Origin: an uncultured bacterium
GTDB taxonomy: Bacteria > Patescibacteriota > Minisyncoccia > Phycocordibacterales > CAIZIN01
Reading direction: 5' to 3'
Length of the DNA: 24,000 nt
Assembly: GCA_903933085.1 (NCBI GenBank)
Contig: CAIZIN010000047.1
Span: 2,885-26,884, forward strand
Shown: one piece after another, positions 14,887 to 21,765 of the stretch
Layout of the letters: each line of letters begins with the position of its first letter
Numbering within the stretch: the stretch's first letter is position 1
Made by a program: the position numbers and the translations under genes
The notes under the pieces: model-generated
The model's input: only the letters and a program-made list of their open reading frames with translations
Told to the model about the DNA's origin: nothing
The model's database searches: none

Positions 14887-16092
14887 ATGAGTATTAGTAT
14901 CGATACGAGAAATGTAACAATGGATGATATGGAGCGGTTCATTCTCGACATCTCTTCTTTGCATGAAGTCCTTACACGCCCCTATGATGGAAAATTTAGG
15001 TGGAGTGAAAACTCTGACGAACTTACCCCATGGCATATTTTTGGACCTTGTCCAAAATTCACAATTAAATCAATTGGCTCTGTCTATGGCAAATCCGAAG
15101 ATTGGTGGCGTGAACGTGGGGGGAATAAAAATGCAGATGAATACACAAAACGGGTTCTTACCGAACTGAATGAAGCAAATATGTATCAATTAGAGCTGTA
15201 TGCACAAAACGGTACAGATTTGAGACGCGGTTGTGTGTCATCAAATAATTGTTTCGGTAATGCATCAATGGAAATCACCTATCGGGCTCAATGCTTAGTT
15301 CGGTATATAAAGGCAATGAAAGCCATGGCCGAAGTGGCACGAAGACTTTCTGTTATTCGCCTGAAAGATGTCGAGAATACTTTGGAGGATCCAAGGCTTA
15401 AAAAAAGTTATGTGAAAACAATGCGTAGCAAAATGAAGCAGGGCGAGAGCCTCTTCGAAGGTTTTGATCCAGACAACCTAAACCTTCCTTCTTGGGCAGC
15501 AGATGAAGCTACTCGAAATTTCAATTACAAAGAATACCAGAATAGCTCATACCCGTCTAAGAAAGCTCCTGTCCGTAGGTTTCCTACTTCATGTCTGGAT
15601 AAAATGGATATGTCGCTATCATGGCATCCAACTACATATTCATTTTTCACATGGTTACTTGTGGCAGCTGGAGGATTGCATCCAACAGAATACCGAAAAG
15701 TGATTAATGAGTCAGGTATTGAAAGACGTGATTTTCTACCCAATGAATGCAATTATGTTTCGATTGAACCACTTTTTTCAGTACACCACATTAAAGCTGA
15801 AGAGTTTGATCGTGACTGGTTAGATTCATCTGGAGAATTTCGTTCTTTCCCTCTTGAAGAAGACATAATTCATACTCTCTTTCGGTTTAAGGAGTGGGGT
15901 TACACTTACGAAAAGGCTATTGGTTTTTTCGAACCAGGACATGGCTTAATTTCACATCTTTACTACCGTGAAAAGATCAGCAGATTTGACAATCTTCCAG
16001 CAGTGAAAGACGCGTACTTAAAAGATTACGTCATGAAGCTATTTCGGATTGTGTTTGGTAAGTCGAAGAGAAAGCAAAAAGCGAAAAGTTAG
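14887..16092 (+). CDS. hypothetical protein, 401 aa
   Basis: Long ORF with AAAGGAAAA upstream of the ATG and its own promoter and terminator. No motif recognised. Confidence 0.75.
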   Translation: MSISIDTRNVTMDDMERFILDISSLHEVLTRPYDGKFRWSENSDELTPWHIFGPCPKFTIKSIGSVYGKSEDWWRERGGNKNADEYTKRVLTELNEANMYQLELYAQNGTDLRRGCVSSNNCFGNASMEITYRAQCLVRYIKAMKAMAEVARRLSVIRLKDVENTLEDPRLKKSYVKTMRSKMKQGESLFEGFDPDNLNLPSWAADEATRNFNYKEYQNSSYPSKKAPVRRFPTSCLDKMDMSLSWHPTTYSFFTWLLVAAGGLHPTEYRKVINESGIERRDFLPNECNYVSIEPLFSVHHIKAEEFDRDWLDSSGEFRSFPLEEDIIHTLFRFKEWGYTYEKAIGFFEPGHGLISHLYYREKISRFDNLPAVKDAYLKDYVMKLFRIVFGKSKRKQKAKS

Positions 16093-16110
16093 TTCAGGGT
16101 CAACACCCAC

Positions 16111-16148
16111 AAGGCCGAAGAGTTCTAACTCTTCGGCCTTTATTATAT
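16111..16148. terminator. terminator between convergent genes
   Basis: AAGGCCGAAGAG-TTCTAA-CTCTTCGGCCTT (12-bp stem) followed by TATTATAT. Confidence 0.65.
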
Positions 16149-16191
16149 AATCATTCTACTTTTAACTTATTTTATTTCCCCCTTCTGTATA

Positions 16192-16548
16192 TTAATAATT
16201 ACTAACTTTCGATCCCATATATTCTTTATCCAAGATAATTTGATCCCCTACATATATCTCTACCCTTGCATTCCTATACACATCTCCAATGTCAGCTGTC
16301 CCATACTTACTTGGATAAGGCACATCATTGTTTTCAACTACAACTTTAAGATTTGAAATATCAATCCCGTTTTCTTTAAGTAATGCTTCTACTTTTTCAA
16401 CACTATCTATACCATCGGCACCGCTTGCAATACCATGACCCGCTTCCTCACCTCTCTCATCTGCTGTCTTTTCAAAATCTCTATATGTATTATCTAAAAT
16501 CTGAGTAATTTTTTCTTTTAACCCTTCTTGTTTTGCTAGTTGTTCCAT
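16192..16548 (-). CDS. hypothetical protein, 118 aa, acidic
   Basis: ORF with ATG start. No motif recognised. Confidence 0.65.
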   Translation of the reverse strand: MEQLAKQEGLKEKITQILDNTYRDFEKTADERGEEAGHGIASGADGIDSVEKVEALLKENGIDISNLKVVVENNDVPYPSKYGTADIGDVYRNARVEIYVGDQIILDKEYMGSKVSNY

Positions 16549-16660
16549 AGTTTTTATTTAATTTATAACCACCTAATTATACACCTCCAAAATCCTCAGT
16601 CAAAAAACCTTGGTTTTGTATTTATATTATTCTTGAATCTTGAATCATAAATCCTAAATC

Positions 16661-16688
16661 ATTTCATAACTCTTGACTCATAACTCTT
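16661..16688 (-). repeat. tandem 14-nt repeat x2 (AAGAGTTATGARWY on the minus strand)
   Basis: Plus strand ATTTCATAACTCTT GACTCATAACTCTT. The unit is related to the tandem repeat at 18251-18287, which is in the opposite orientation. Confidence 0.6.
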
Positions 16689-16699
16689 ACCTCACACCT

Positions 16700-17233
16700 C
16701 TATTTCTTCTTCATTGATGGCCTCTTCCCTCCACCTATCAAATATCTATTCGAATAAGAATCCAAATCGAAGAAATCATCAGCTTTTTCAATAAGTTTTG
16801 CAGACGAGGAACGTCCGAACGAAACAACCTCTACCTGACAACCTTCATTAACCTGCAAATATTCAACAAGCGGAATAAAATCTCCGTCTCCTGTAAGTAA
16901 AACAATAGCATCAAGCTTTGGAGCGAGCTTCACAGCATCTATAGCCATTCCCACATCCCAGTCAGCTTTTTTTGACCCTCCAGCAAAAATCTGTAAGTCT
17001 TTTGTCTTTGTTTCAATCCCCGCTTTTTCCAATGCACTAAAAAACGCTTGTTCTTCACCACTTTCTGTGGAAATTACATAAGCAATCGCTCGCACCAGCT
17101 TTCTTCCAGCAAGTGCGTCTTCCACAATTTGTGCAAAATTCACACGCGAATGATAAAGATTCTTTGCACTATGATATAGATTTTGTGCATCTATAAAAAT
17201 CCCTACTCTTTGTTCTAAATGTTTTATGATCAT
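16700..17233 (-). CDS. NYN-domain (LabA/DUF88-like) protein, putative RNase
   Basis: VGIFIDAQNLYHS and LLTGDGDFIPLVEYLQ motifs typical of NYN/LabA. I prefer the ATG at 17233 over the TTG at 17251 used in the track. Confidence 0.85.
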   Translation of the reverse strand: MIIKHLEQRVGIFIDAQNLYHSAKNLYHSRVNFAQIVEDALAGRKLVRAIAYVISTESGEEQAFFSALEKAGIETKTKDLQIFAGGSKKADWDVGMAIDAVKLAPKLDAIVLLTGDGDFIPLVEYLQVNEGCQVEVVSFGRSSSAKLIEKADDFFDLDSYSNRYLIGGGKRPSMKKK

Positions 17234-17237
17234 TGTT

Positions 17238-17293
17238 TTAGGCTCTAGCAATTAGGCTCTAGTTACTAGCTTTAAATATAAACTAGGCTCGAG
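17238..17293 (-). promoter_or_regulatory. direct repeats upstream of the NYN gene (candidate operator array)
   Basis: TTAGGCTCTAG at 17238 and 17252 (14-nt period) and CTAGGCTCGAG at 17283, directly abutting the start codon. Confidence 0.35.
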
Positions 17294-17382
17294 CAAATAT
17301 TAAAAAATAAACACCTTCCTTATAAAAAACCAACTCATTAAGTATACCACCCCTAAAACAAATTTGTACTTATATATTTTAG

Positions 17383-17413
17383 TCAAAGAAAAACTCGCTA
17401 CGAAAGCGAGTTT
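17383..17413 (-). terminator. Rho-independent terminator after the 115-aa zinc-ribbon gene
   Basis: Minus strand AAACUCGCU-UUCGU-AGCGAGUUU followed by UUCUUUG. Confidence 0.7.
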
Positions 17414-17420
17414 GGAATTA

Positions 17421-17768
17421 TTAGCAGGGACCAGCACCACCTGAGCAATGCCCACCTGTACGGCGAATCCATCGACGAAGTGGGTCTCTGTCATGCTCAT
17501 ATGGATCATAAAACGAAGACCGAGACACGGGAGCCGGGATATCTTCTGGATTTTTCATATGTTCCACTAAATGTTTGTAAGGTTTCTTCTCGATAAGAGA
17601 TTCCCAATTATTTAAAAGGGTTTCCCAAGAGTGGCCCCATGAAGCAAAATTGATTTTCTCACCTCCACATTTGCATAAAAGAGAGTAGCAATACCCTTTG
17701 AGATAGGTATTTTCCTCAGGAATACGACCGCATCTGCAAGGTATTGGCGTTCTTTTTTCTTCACTCAT
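17421..17768 (-). CDS. zinc-ribbon protein, 115 aa, Lar (restriction-alleviation)-like pattern
   Basis: I start at the ATG at 17768 (MSEEKRTPIPCRCG...). The pattern PCRCG-x19-CKCGG...LLNNWES resembles the CPFCG...CxxCG...AWN layout of Lar-family proteins. This assignment is by eye only. Confidence 0.6.
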   Translation of the reverse strand: MSEEKRTPIPCRCGRIPEENTYLKGYCYSLLCKCGGEKINFASWGHSWETLLNNWESLIEKKPYKHLVEHMKNPEDIPAPVSRSSFYDPYEHDRDPLRRWIRRTGGHCSGGAGPC

Positions 17769-17867
17769 AATAGTAATTTCTAGTATTGAGTTCAAACCAA
17801 ACGCTGAACCGACAGCGTTCAAAGAACTCATTTCTGCCAGATTACCACTCCTCCATATTTTGTAAAG

Positions 17868-17893
17868 CAAAAAAAATCACACCCTCTTGGGTG
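17868..17893 (-). terminator. terminator after rpsO
   Basis: Minus strand CACCC-AAGA-GGGUG followed by UGAUUUUUUUU. Confidence 0.6.
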
Positions 17894-17931
17894 CAATTTT
17901 TTGTTGTGCATTTAAACTTTCAACTTTATAC

Positions 17932-18201
17932 TTATTTCGTCTTCTTCTCCAACTTCTTCACCACTGTTGCATGTCGCTTTGGGTCTTTTTTAGCGATATA
18001 TTTTAGAGTTTTCTGTCGAGTTGCAACCATACCAAGCAAACCTCTTCGGGAATGATTATCCTTTGGGTTTTTCTTAAGATGTGATGCAAGTGCGTCAATG
18101 TTTTTGGTCAAAAGGGCGATTTGCACCTCTGGTGAACCAGTATCAGTGTCGTGAACTTGTATATCTTTAATGATTTTTGCTTTTTTAGTTTTAGTTAACA
18201 T
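17932..18201 (-). CDS. rpsO: 30S ribosomal protein S15
   Basis: MLTKTKKAKIIKDIQVHDTDTGSPEVQIALLT...HSRRGLLGMVATRQKTLKYI is the S15 signature. ATG at 18201; the track extension to 18228 is unlikely. Confidence 0.95.
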   Translation of the reverse strand: MLTKTKKAKIIKDIQVHDTDTGSPEVQIALLTKNIDALASHLKKNPKDNHSRRGLLGMVATRQKTLKYIAKKDPKRHATVVKKLEKKTK

Positions 18202-18222
18202 TGGCTGATATGATAGCACATC

Positions 18223-18249
18223 CCCCAAAATTTGGCAAGAATTTTGGGG
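18223..18249 (-). promoter_or_regulatory. rpsO 5' leader hairpin
   Basis: CCCCAAAAU-loop-AUUUUGGGG, 9-bp stem about 20 nt upstream of the rpsO ATG. Confidence 0.45.
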
Positions 18250-18250
18250 A

Positions 18251-18287
18251 GAATTATGAATTAAGAATTATGAATTAAGAATAATTA
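18251..18287 (+). repeat. tandem 14-nt repeat (GAATTATGAATTAA x2 plus a partial third unit)
   Basis: Exact duplication at 18251-18264 and 18265-18278. Confidence 0.7.
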
Positions 18288-18477
18288 GCTCAAATACAAA
18301 AAAAGGTATATACAGAGCCGATTTTTAAGAAAAAGTGTCTAATTTTCGACAATATAAATAAAATATATGATATAATATTGTGCGACATTGTTTCCTTATG
18401 AATGAAACGAATTAGTAAACAAGAAGTACTCTTGTGGTGCGACATTGTATAATATTCAACATAACTAACTAATTTCG

Positions 18478-18545
18478 TTTGTCATCTTCGCGGAGGTTGA
18501 AATCGGGTCCCGTCCCAATTTCAACCTCCGCGGGAATGACAGAGG
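18478..18545 (-). repeat. GTCATTCC-family palindromic element, copy D (inverted orientation)
   Basis: Minus strand CCTCTGTCATTCCCGCGGAGGTTGAAAT...ATTTCAACCTCCGCGAAGATGACAAA. It has a 15-bp perfect inner stem. Confidence 0.65.
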
Positions 18546-18587
18546 ATTCAATTTTACTTTTTACATTTTTAATTTTACATTTGCAAC

Positions 18588-19544
18588 ATGTCATCTAAAA
18601 TAGATCAATTAAAACTCCAGTACCTCGAATATATCGAGATTGAAAAAGGGCGAGCAATACGCACCGTGGAAAACTACGCTCATTATCTTGATGTGTTTTT
18701 TAAACAAACTCAAATCAAAAATCCCGAGGATCTTACAAATACAAAACTTCGTGAATTTCGTGTTTGGCTCAATAGACAATCGGCTGGAAATAATGCAAAG
18801 TCTGGCGAAACAATGAAAAAGAAAACTCAAAACTATTATTTAATAGCGGTGCGTTCATTTCTAAAATATTTAACAAAAATAGGAGTCTCCTCTTTGGCTG
18901 CGGATCAAATTGAGCTTGCAAAGGTGCCAGAAAGACAAATTGATGTAATTACGGCAGATGAATTAAAAAGATTACTCGATGCACCGAATAAAGAAAAAGA
19001 TCCACAGAAAAAAGCTCGAGGTCTCGCAATTTTAGAACTTCTTTTTTCAACCGGACTTCGTGTCTCTGAACTTTGTTCACTTAATTCTGATTTAGATTTA
19101 ACTCGCGATGAACTTTCTATTCGGGGAAAAGGTGGAAAAGTGCGTGTAGTCTTTCTTTCAGATGAAGCAAAAGATAAAGTGAAAAAATATTTAGCTTTGA
19201 GAAAAGATATGAGCGATGCACTTTTTGTGAAAGTTGGAAACGAGAAAACAAAACTTGGTGAAGCAAAAAAAGATAAAGATGAGGAACCAACAGAAGGTTT
19301 AACACGTCGTTCAATCGAAAGAATTGTAAAAAGATACGCAACAATGGCGGGAATTTCAAGCAAAGTAACTCCTCACACGTTGAGACATTGCTTCGCGACA
19401 GATTTACTTTCAAACGGTGCCGATTTACGCTCTGTGCAAGCTCTCCTTGGCCACGCAAACATCAACACGACACAAATCTACACCCACGTTACAGACAAGC
19501 ATCTGAGAGATGTACATAAGAAATTCCATAACAAACCGGAGTGA
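18588..19544 (+). CDS. tyrosine site-specific recombinase, XerC/XerD-like
   Basis: 318 aa. C-terminal catalytic motifs HTLRHCFATDLL and LLGHANINTTQIYTHV. Confidence 0.9.
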   Translation: MSSKIDQLKLQYLEYIEIEKGRAIRTVENYAHYLDVFFKQTQIKNPEDLTNTKLREFRVWLNRQSAGNNAKSGETMKKKTQNYYLIAVRSFLKYLTKIGVSSLAADQIELAKVPERQIDVITADELKRLLDAPNKEKDPQKKARGLAILELLFSTGLRVSELCSLNSDLDLTRDELSIRGKGGKVRVVFLSDEAKDKVKKYLALRKDMSDALFVKVGNEKTKLGEAKKDKDEEPTEGLTRRSIERIVKRYATMAGISSKVTPHTLRHCFATDLLSNGADLRSVQALLGHANINTTQIYTHVTDKHLRDVHKKFHNKPE

Positions 19545-19633
19545 TACTTATACAGCGAGAGGAAAAAATACATAATTTGACTTCAACATAAGCATAATGT
19601 AAGTTTAGAGTTGAATATTAACCAGTACCTTAA

Positions 19634-19780
19634 ATGAACCCTTCAGCAAAACAAATACTAAAATGTCTTTGGATAATCTTTAAAAATACCGCTTGGAATT
19701 TTTTTCACCCATTCAAACCGATCAGAGACCCTTTCATGGAATATCCTAATCGTTTCCAAACCCCACCCAAACACCCATAA
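19634..19780 (+). CDS. possible small ORF (48 aa) or small RNA between the recombinase and the membrane-protein gene
   Basis: ATG at 19634 to TAA at 19778-19780. My translation is MNPSAKQILKCLWIIFKNTAWNFFHPFKPIRDPFMEYPNRFQTPPKHP. It is flanked by TTGACT-17-TAAGTT upstream and a terminator at 19770-19806. Coding status is uncertain. Confidence 0.25.
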   Translation: MNPSAKQILKCLWIIFKNTAWNFFHPFKPIRDPFMEYPNRFQTPPKHP

Positions 19781-19806
19781 AGCAAAGTCTGGGTGTTTTT
19801 ATTTAT
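19770..19806 (+). terminator. Rho-independent terminator
   Basis: AACACCCA-loop-TGGGTGTT followed by TTTATTTATATT. Confidence 0.65.
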
Positions 19807-19828
19807 ATTAAATATTAGATATGTTTTT

Positions 19829-20164
19829 ATGCTAAACTACCAACATATGCCACCAATTATTTTATTATTTCTAGGAGGGACGATTCTCACCATTGGAGAT
19901 ATTATTTTTAAATTTTATTTTGAAAAATCCAGATATTCCTTATATGTTTTAGGTTTAATGACTTATTTGGTTGGTCTTATTTTCCTTGTAAAAACATTTA
20001 AAACACAAAATATTGCCGTTGCTTCTGCTGTTTTTATCATCATAAACATCATAACCCTCCTATTAGTAAGTCGTTTCTATTTTGGAGAACATTTATCCAA
20101 TTTCCAAACAATTGGAATTGTTATTGCCATAATTGCAATATTTTTTCTTGAATTAGGTAAATAG
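19829..20164 (+). CDS. small 4-TM membrane protein (SMR/DMT-like)
   Basis: Strongly hydrophobic, about 111 aa counted from the in-frame ATG at 19829. The track start at 19793 is GTG and lies inside the upstream terminator. Confidence 0.65.
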   Translation: MLNYQHMPPIILLFLGGTILTIGDIIFKFYFEKSRYSLYVLGLMTYLVGLIFLVKTFKTQNIAVASAVFIIINIITLLLVSRFYFGEHLSNFQTIGIVIAIIAIFFLELGK

Positions 20165-20191
20165 AAAGTGATTTATGATAATATATAAATT

Positions 20192-21016
20192 ATGAAATTA
20201 ATCTCTTGGAACGTAAACGGCATTCGCGCTTGGTATAAAAAGGGTGCAATGGAAGAACTCTTAAAAGAAAAACCTGATATTTTTTGCTTTCAAGAAACAA
20301 AAGCTCATCCAGAGCAACTTCCAGAGGAGCTTAGAAATATTCCTGGCTATATATCATATTTTGATCATTCAAAAGTGAAGAAGGGGTATTCAGGCGTGGC
20401 AATCTATTTGAGCGACAAATTACTCTCCTTAAGGCCAGACCTTAAATCTCCAAAAAGGTCTGGCCTTCTCCTGAATAATTTTCCACTCGACTACGGCTTC
20501 GGAATCCCCGAACTTGATCAAGAAGGGCGTTTTCTTTCTATTCACTTAAAAGATTTCACAATAATAACTTGCTACTTCCCTAATGGTGGAGGAGGTCCAC
20601 ACCGTTTGGAATATAAAATGAAATTTTATGATGCTTTTTTTACATACATCGAAAAATTAAAAAAGAAACAACCAAATATTATTTTCTGCGGAGATGTAAA
20701 TACAGCCCACAATGAAATCGACCTTTCAAGACCAAAAGAGAATGAAAAAAGTACTGGATTTCTTCGAACAGAAAGAGATTGGATTGATAAAATTATAAAA
20801 AAGGGTTGGATAGATAGTTTTCGCCACCTTCATCCGAAAAAAATCCAATACTCTTGGTGGGATATGAAAACATTCGCTCGAGCCAGAAATATCGGTTGGC
20901 GTATCGACTACTTCTTCGTCTCCCCTGCCCTAGAAAACAAAATTAAGAAAGCAGAAATCCTCGACCAAATGCTTGGATCAGATCATTGCCCGATCAGCAT
21001 AGATATTAGTCTATAG
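20192..21016 (+). CDS. xth: exodeoxyribonuclease III
   Basis: MKLISWNVNGIRA, FCFQETK, GYSGVAIY, CGDVNTAHNEIDL and GSDHCP motifs of the ExoIII/AP-endonuclease family. Confidence 0.92.
   Translation: MKLISWNVNGIRAWYKKGAMEELLKEKPDIFCFQETKAHPEQLPEELRNIPGYISYFDHSKVKKGYSGVAIYLSDKLLSLRPDLKSPKRSGLLLNNFPLDYGFGIPELDQEGRFLSIHLKDFTIITCYFPNGGGGPHRLEYKMKFYDAFFTYIEKLKKKQPNIIFCGDVNTAHNEIDLSRPKENEKSTGFLRTERDWIDKIIKKGWIDSFRHLHPKKIQYSWWDMKTFARARNIGWRIDYFFVSPALENKIKKAEILDQMLGSDHCPISIDISL
20431..20467 (+). repeat. perfect 11-bp-arm palindrome inside the xth coding sequence
   Basis: AAGGCCAGACC-15 nt-GGTCTGGCCTT, in frame, encoding part of LSLRPDLKSPKRSGLL. Confidence 0.8.
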
Positions 21017-21047
21017 TCTTTAGTAAATAGTACGTAGAATACGCAAC

Positions 21048-21086
21048 AAAAAAACAATAGTATAATACACAATACTATTGTTTTTT
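21048..21086. terminator. bidirectional terminator between xth and the 91-aa gene
   Basis: A7-CAATAGTAT-AATACACA-ATACTATTG-T6. Confidence 0.7.
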
Positions 21087-21096
21087 ATATTGAAAT

Positions 21097-21372
21097 CTAC
21101 AAAACTTCTTCTATTTTTTTAACCGCATTTTCATATTCTTGTGAAACCTTTCTTAGAAGTTCCACGCCTCGTGCCATATCTTCTTTTGTAGCTATTTTTT
21201 CACCCGAAATATCATATCCCTTGTTCCTTAAATAAACTTCAATTTCTGGTAGCAAACCTTTTAATTCAGAAACTTCTGGTATTTGATCAATTTTCAAAGC
21301 TTCTTCTGCTTCCTCAAAACTTTTAATTTTTTCATTCGTTAACACAGCAATCACTCCTCCTTCTAATGTCAT
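21097..21372 (-). CDS. hypothetical protein, 91 aa, acidic
   Basis: ORF with ATG start and a terminator downstream. Confidence 0.6.
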   Translation of the reverse strand: MTLEGGVIAVLTNEKIKSFEEAEEALKIDQIPEVSELKGLLPEIEVYLRNKGYDISGEKIATKEDMARGVELLRKVSQEYENAVKKIEEVL

Positions 21373-21493
21373 GTTATTTTTTGATTAATGATAACCCAAA
21401 TATTGTAACATTATTTTAAATTTCCGTAACCTCTCAGATATCTAATAATTTTTAGGCAAAACATTATTTTTCTTTTTTCTTTTTATATTTGAA

Positions 21494-21765
21494 AAATCTC
21501 ACCCCACTTACACAGACGCCATATTAAAATTAACCAGGAAACGGGTACTTAGAGGAGAGAGTTTTCTTGGCCGTCACATTTTCATGTGATTAGGTTATTT
21601 GCAATCATTGCAGTGCAATAATCACCAAACACTCATACCTGCCTCCCAATCCGTTTTCTTTTGACGCCTGTGTGGACGTAATCGTCCAAATAACACAAAA
21701 CCGCCAAACGCGATTTCCTTAATTCATACATGGAGCCACGTGGCGGTTTATTTTGTTTCTTGCAA
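21494..21765 (+). ncRNA. candidate structured non-coding RNA (class unknown)
   Basis: No ORF. Local helices: CCAGGAAA/TTTCTTGG (includes a G:U pair that only works on the plus strand), TCACAT/ATGTGA, GTGATTA/TAATCAC, GGACG/CGTCC. Long-range pairing CCAC..ACAG/CTGTGTGG. 3' stem ACCGCCA/TGGCGGT is followed by TTTATTTTGTTTCTT. Confidence 0.25.

Noticed and set aside
17300-17870. ORF 17300-17509, and the N-terminal extension of the 149-aa ORF (17769-17870)
   Set aside because: The first spans a terminator and an intergenic promoter region. The extension covers the rpsO terminator and a structured leader, and the internal ATG at 17768 begins the Cys-motif protein.
16661-18287. Short tandem repeats as a CRISPR array
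   Set aside because: There are only two to three 14-nt units with no spacers, far below CRISPR repeat and spacer dimensions, and no cas genes are present.
18444-18471. dif-like site near the Xer recombinase gene: GGTGCGACATTGTATAATATTCAACATAA, where the reverse complement of ATTCAACATAA matches the XerD-arm TTATGTTAAAT at 10 of 11 positions and GGTGCG matches the start of the XerC arm
   Set aside because: The two halves are not arranged as arm, 6-bp spacer, inverted arm, and no proper partner arm exists on either side. A 10/11 half-site is plausible by chance in AT-rich DNA. The GTGCGACATTGT direct repeat (18381-18392 and 18446-18457) remains unexplained but is not a convincing dif.
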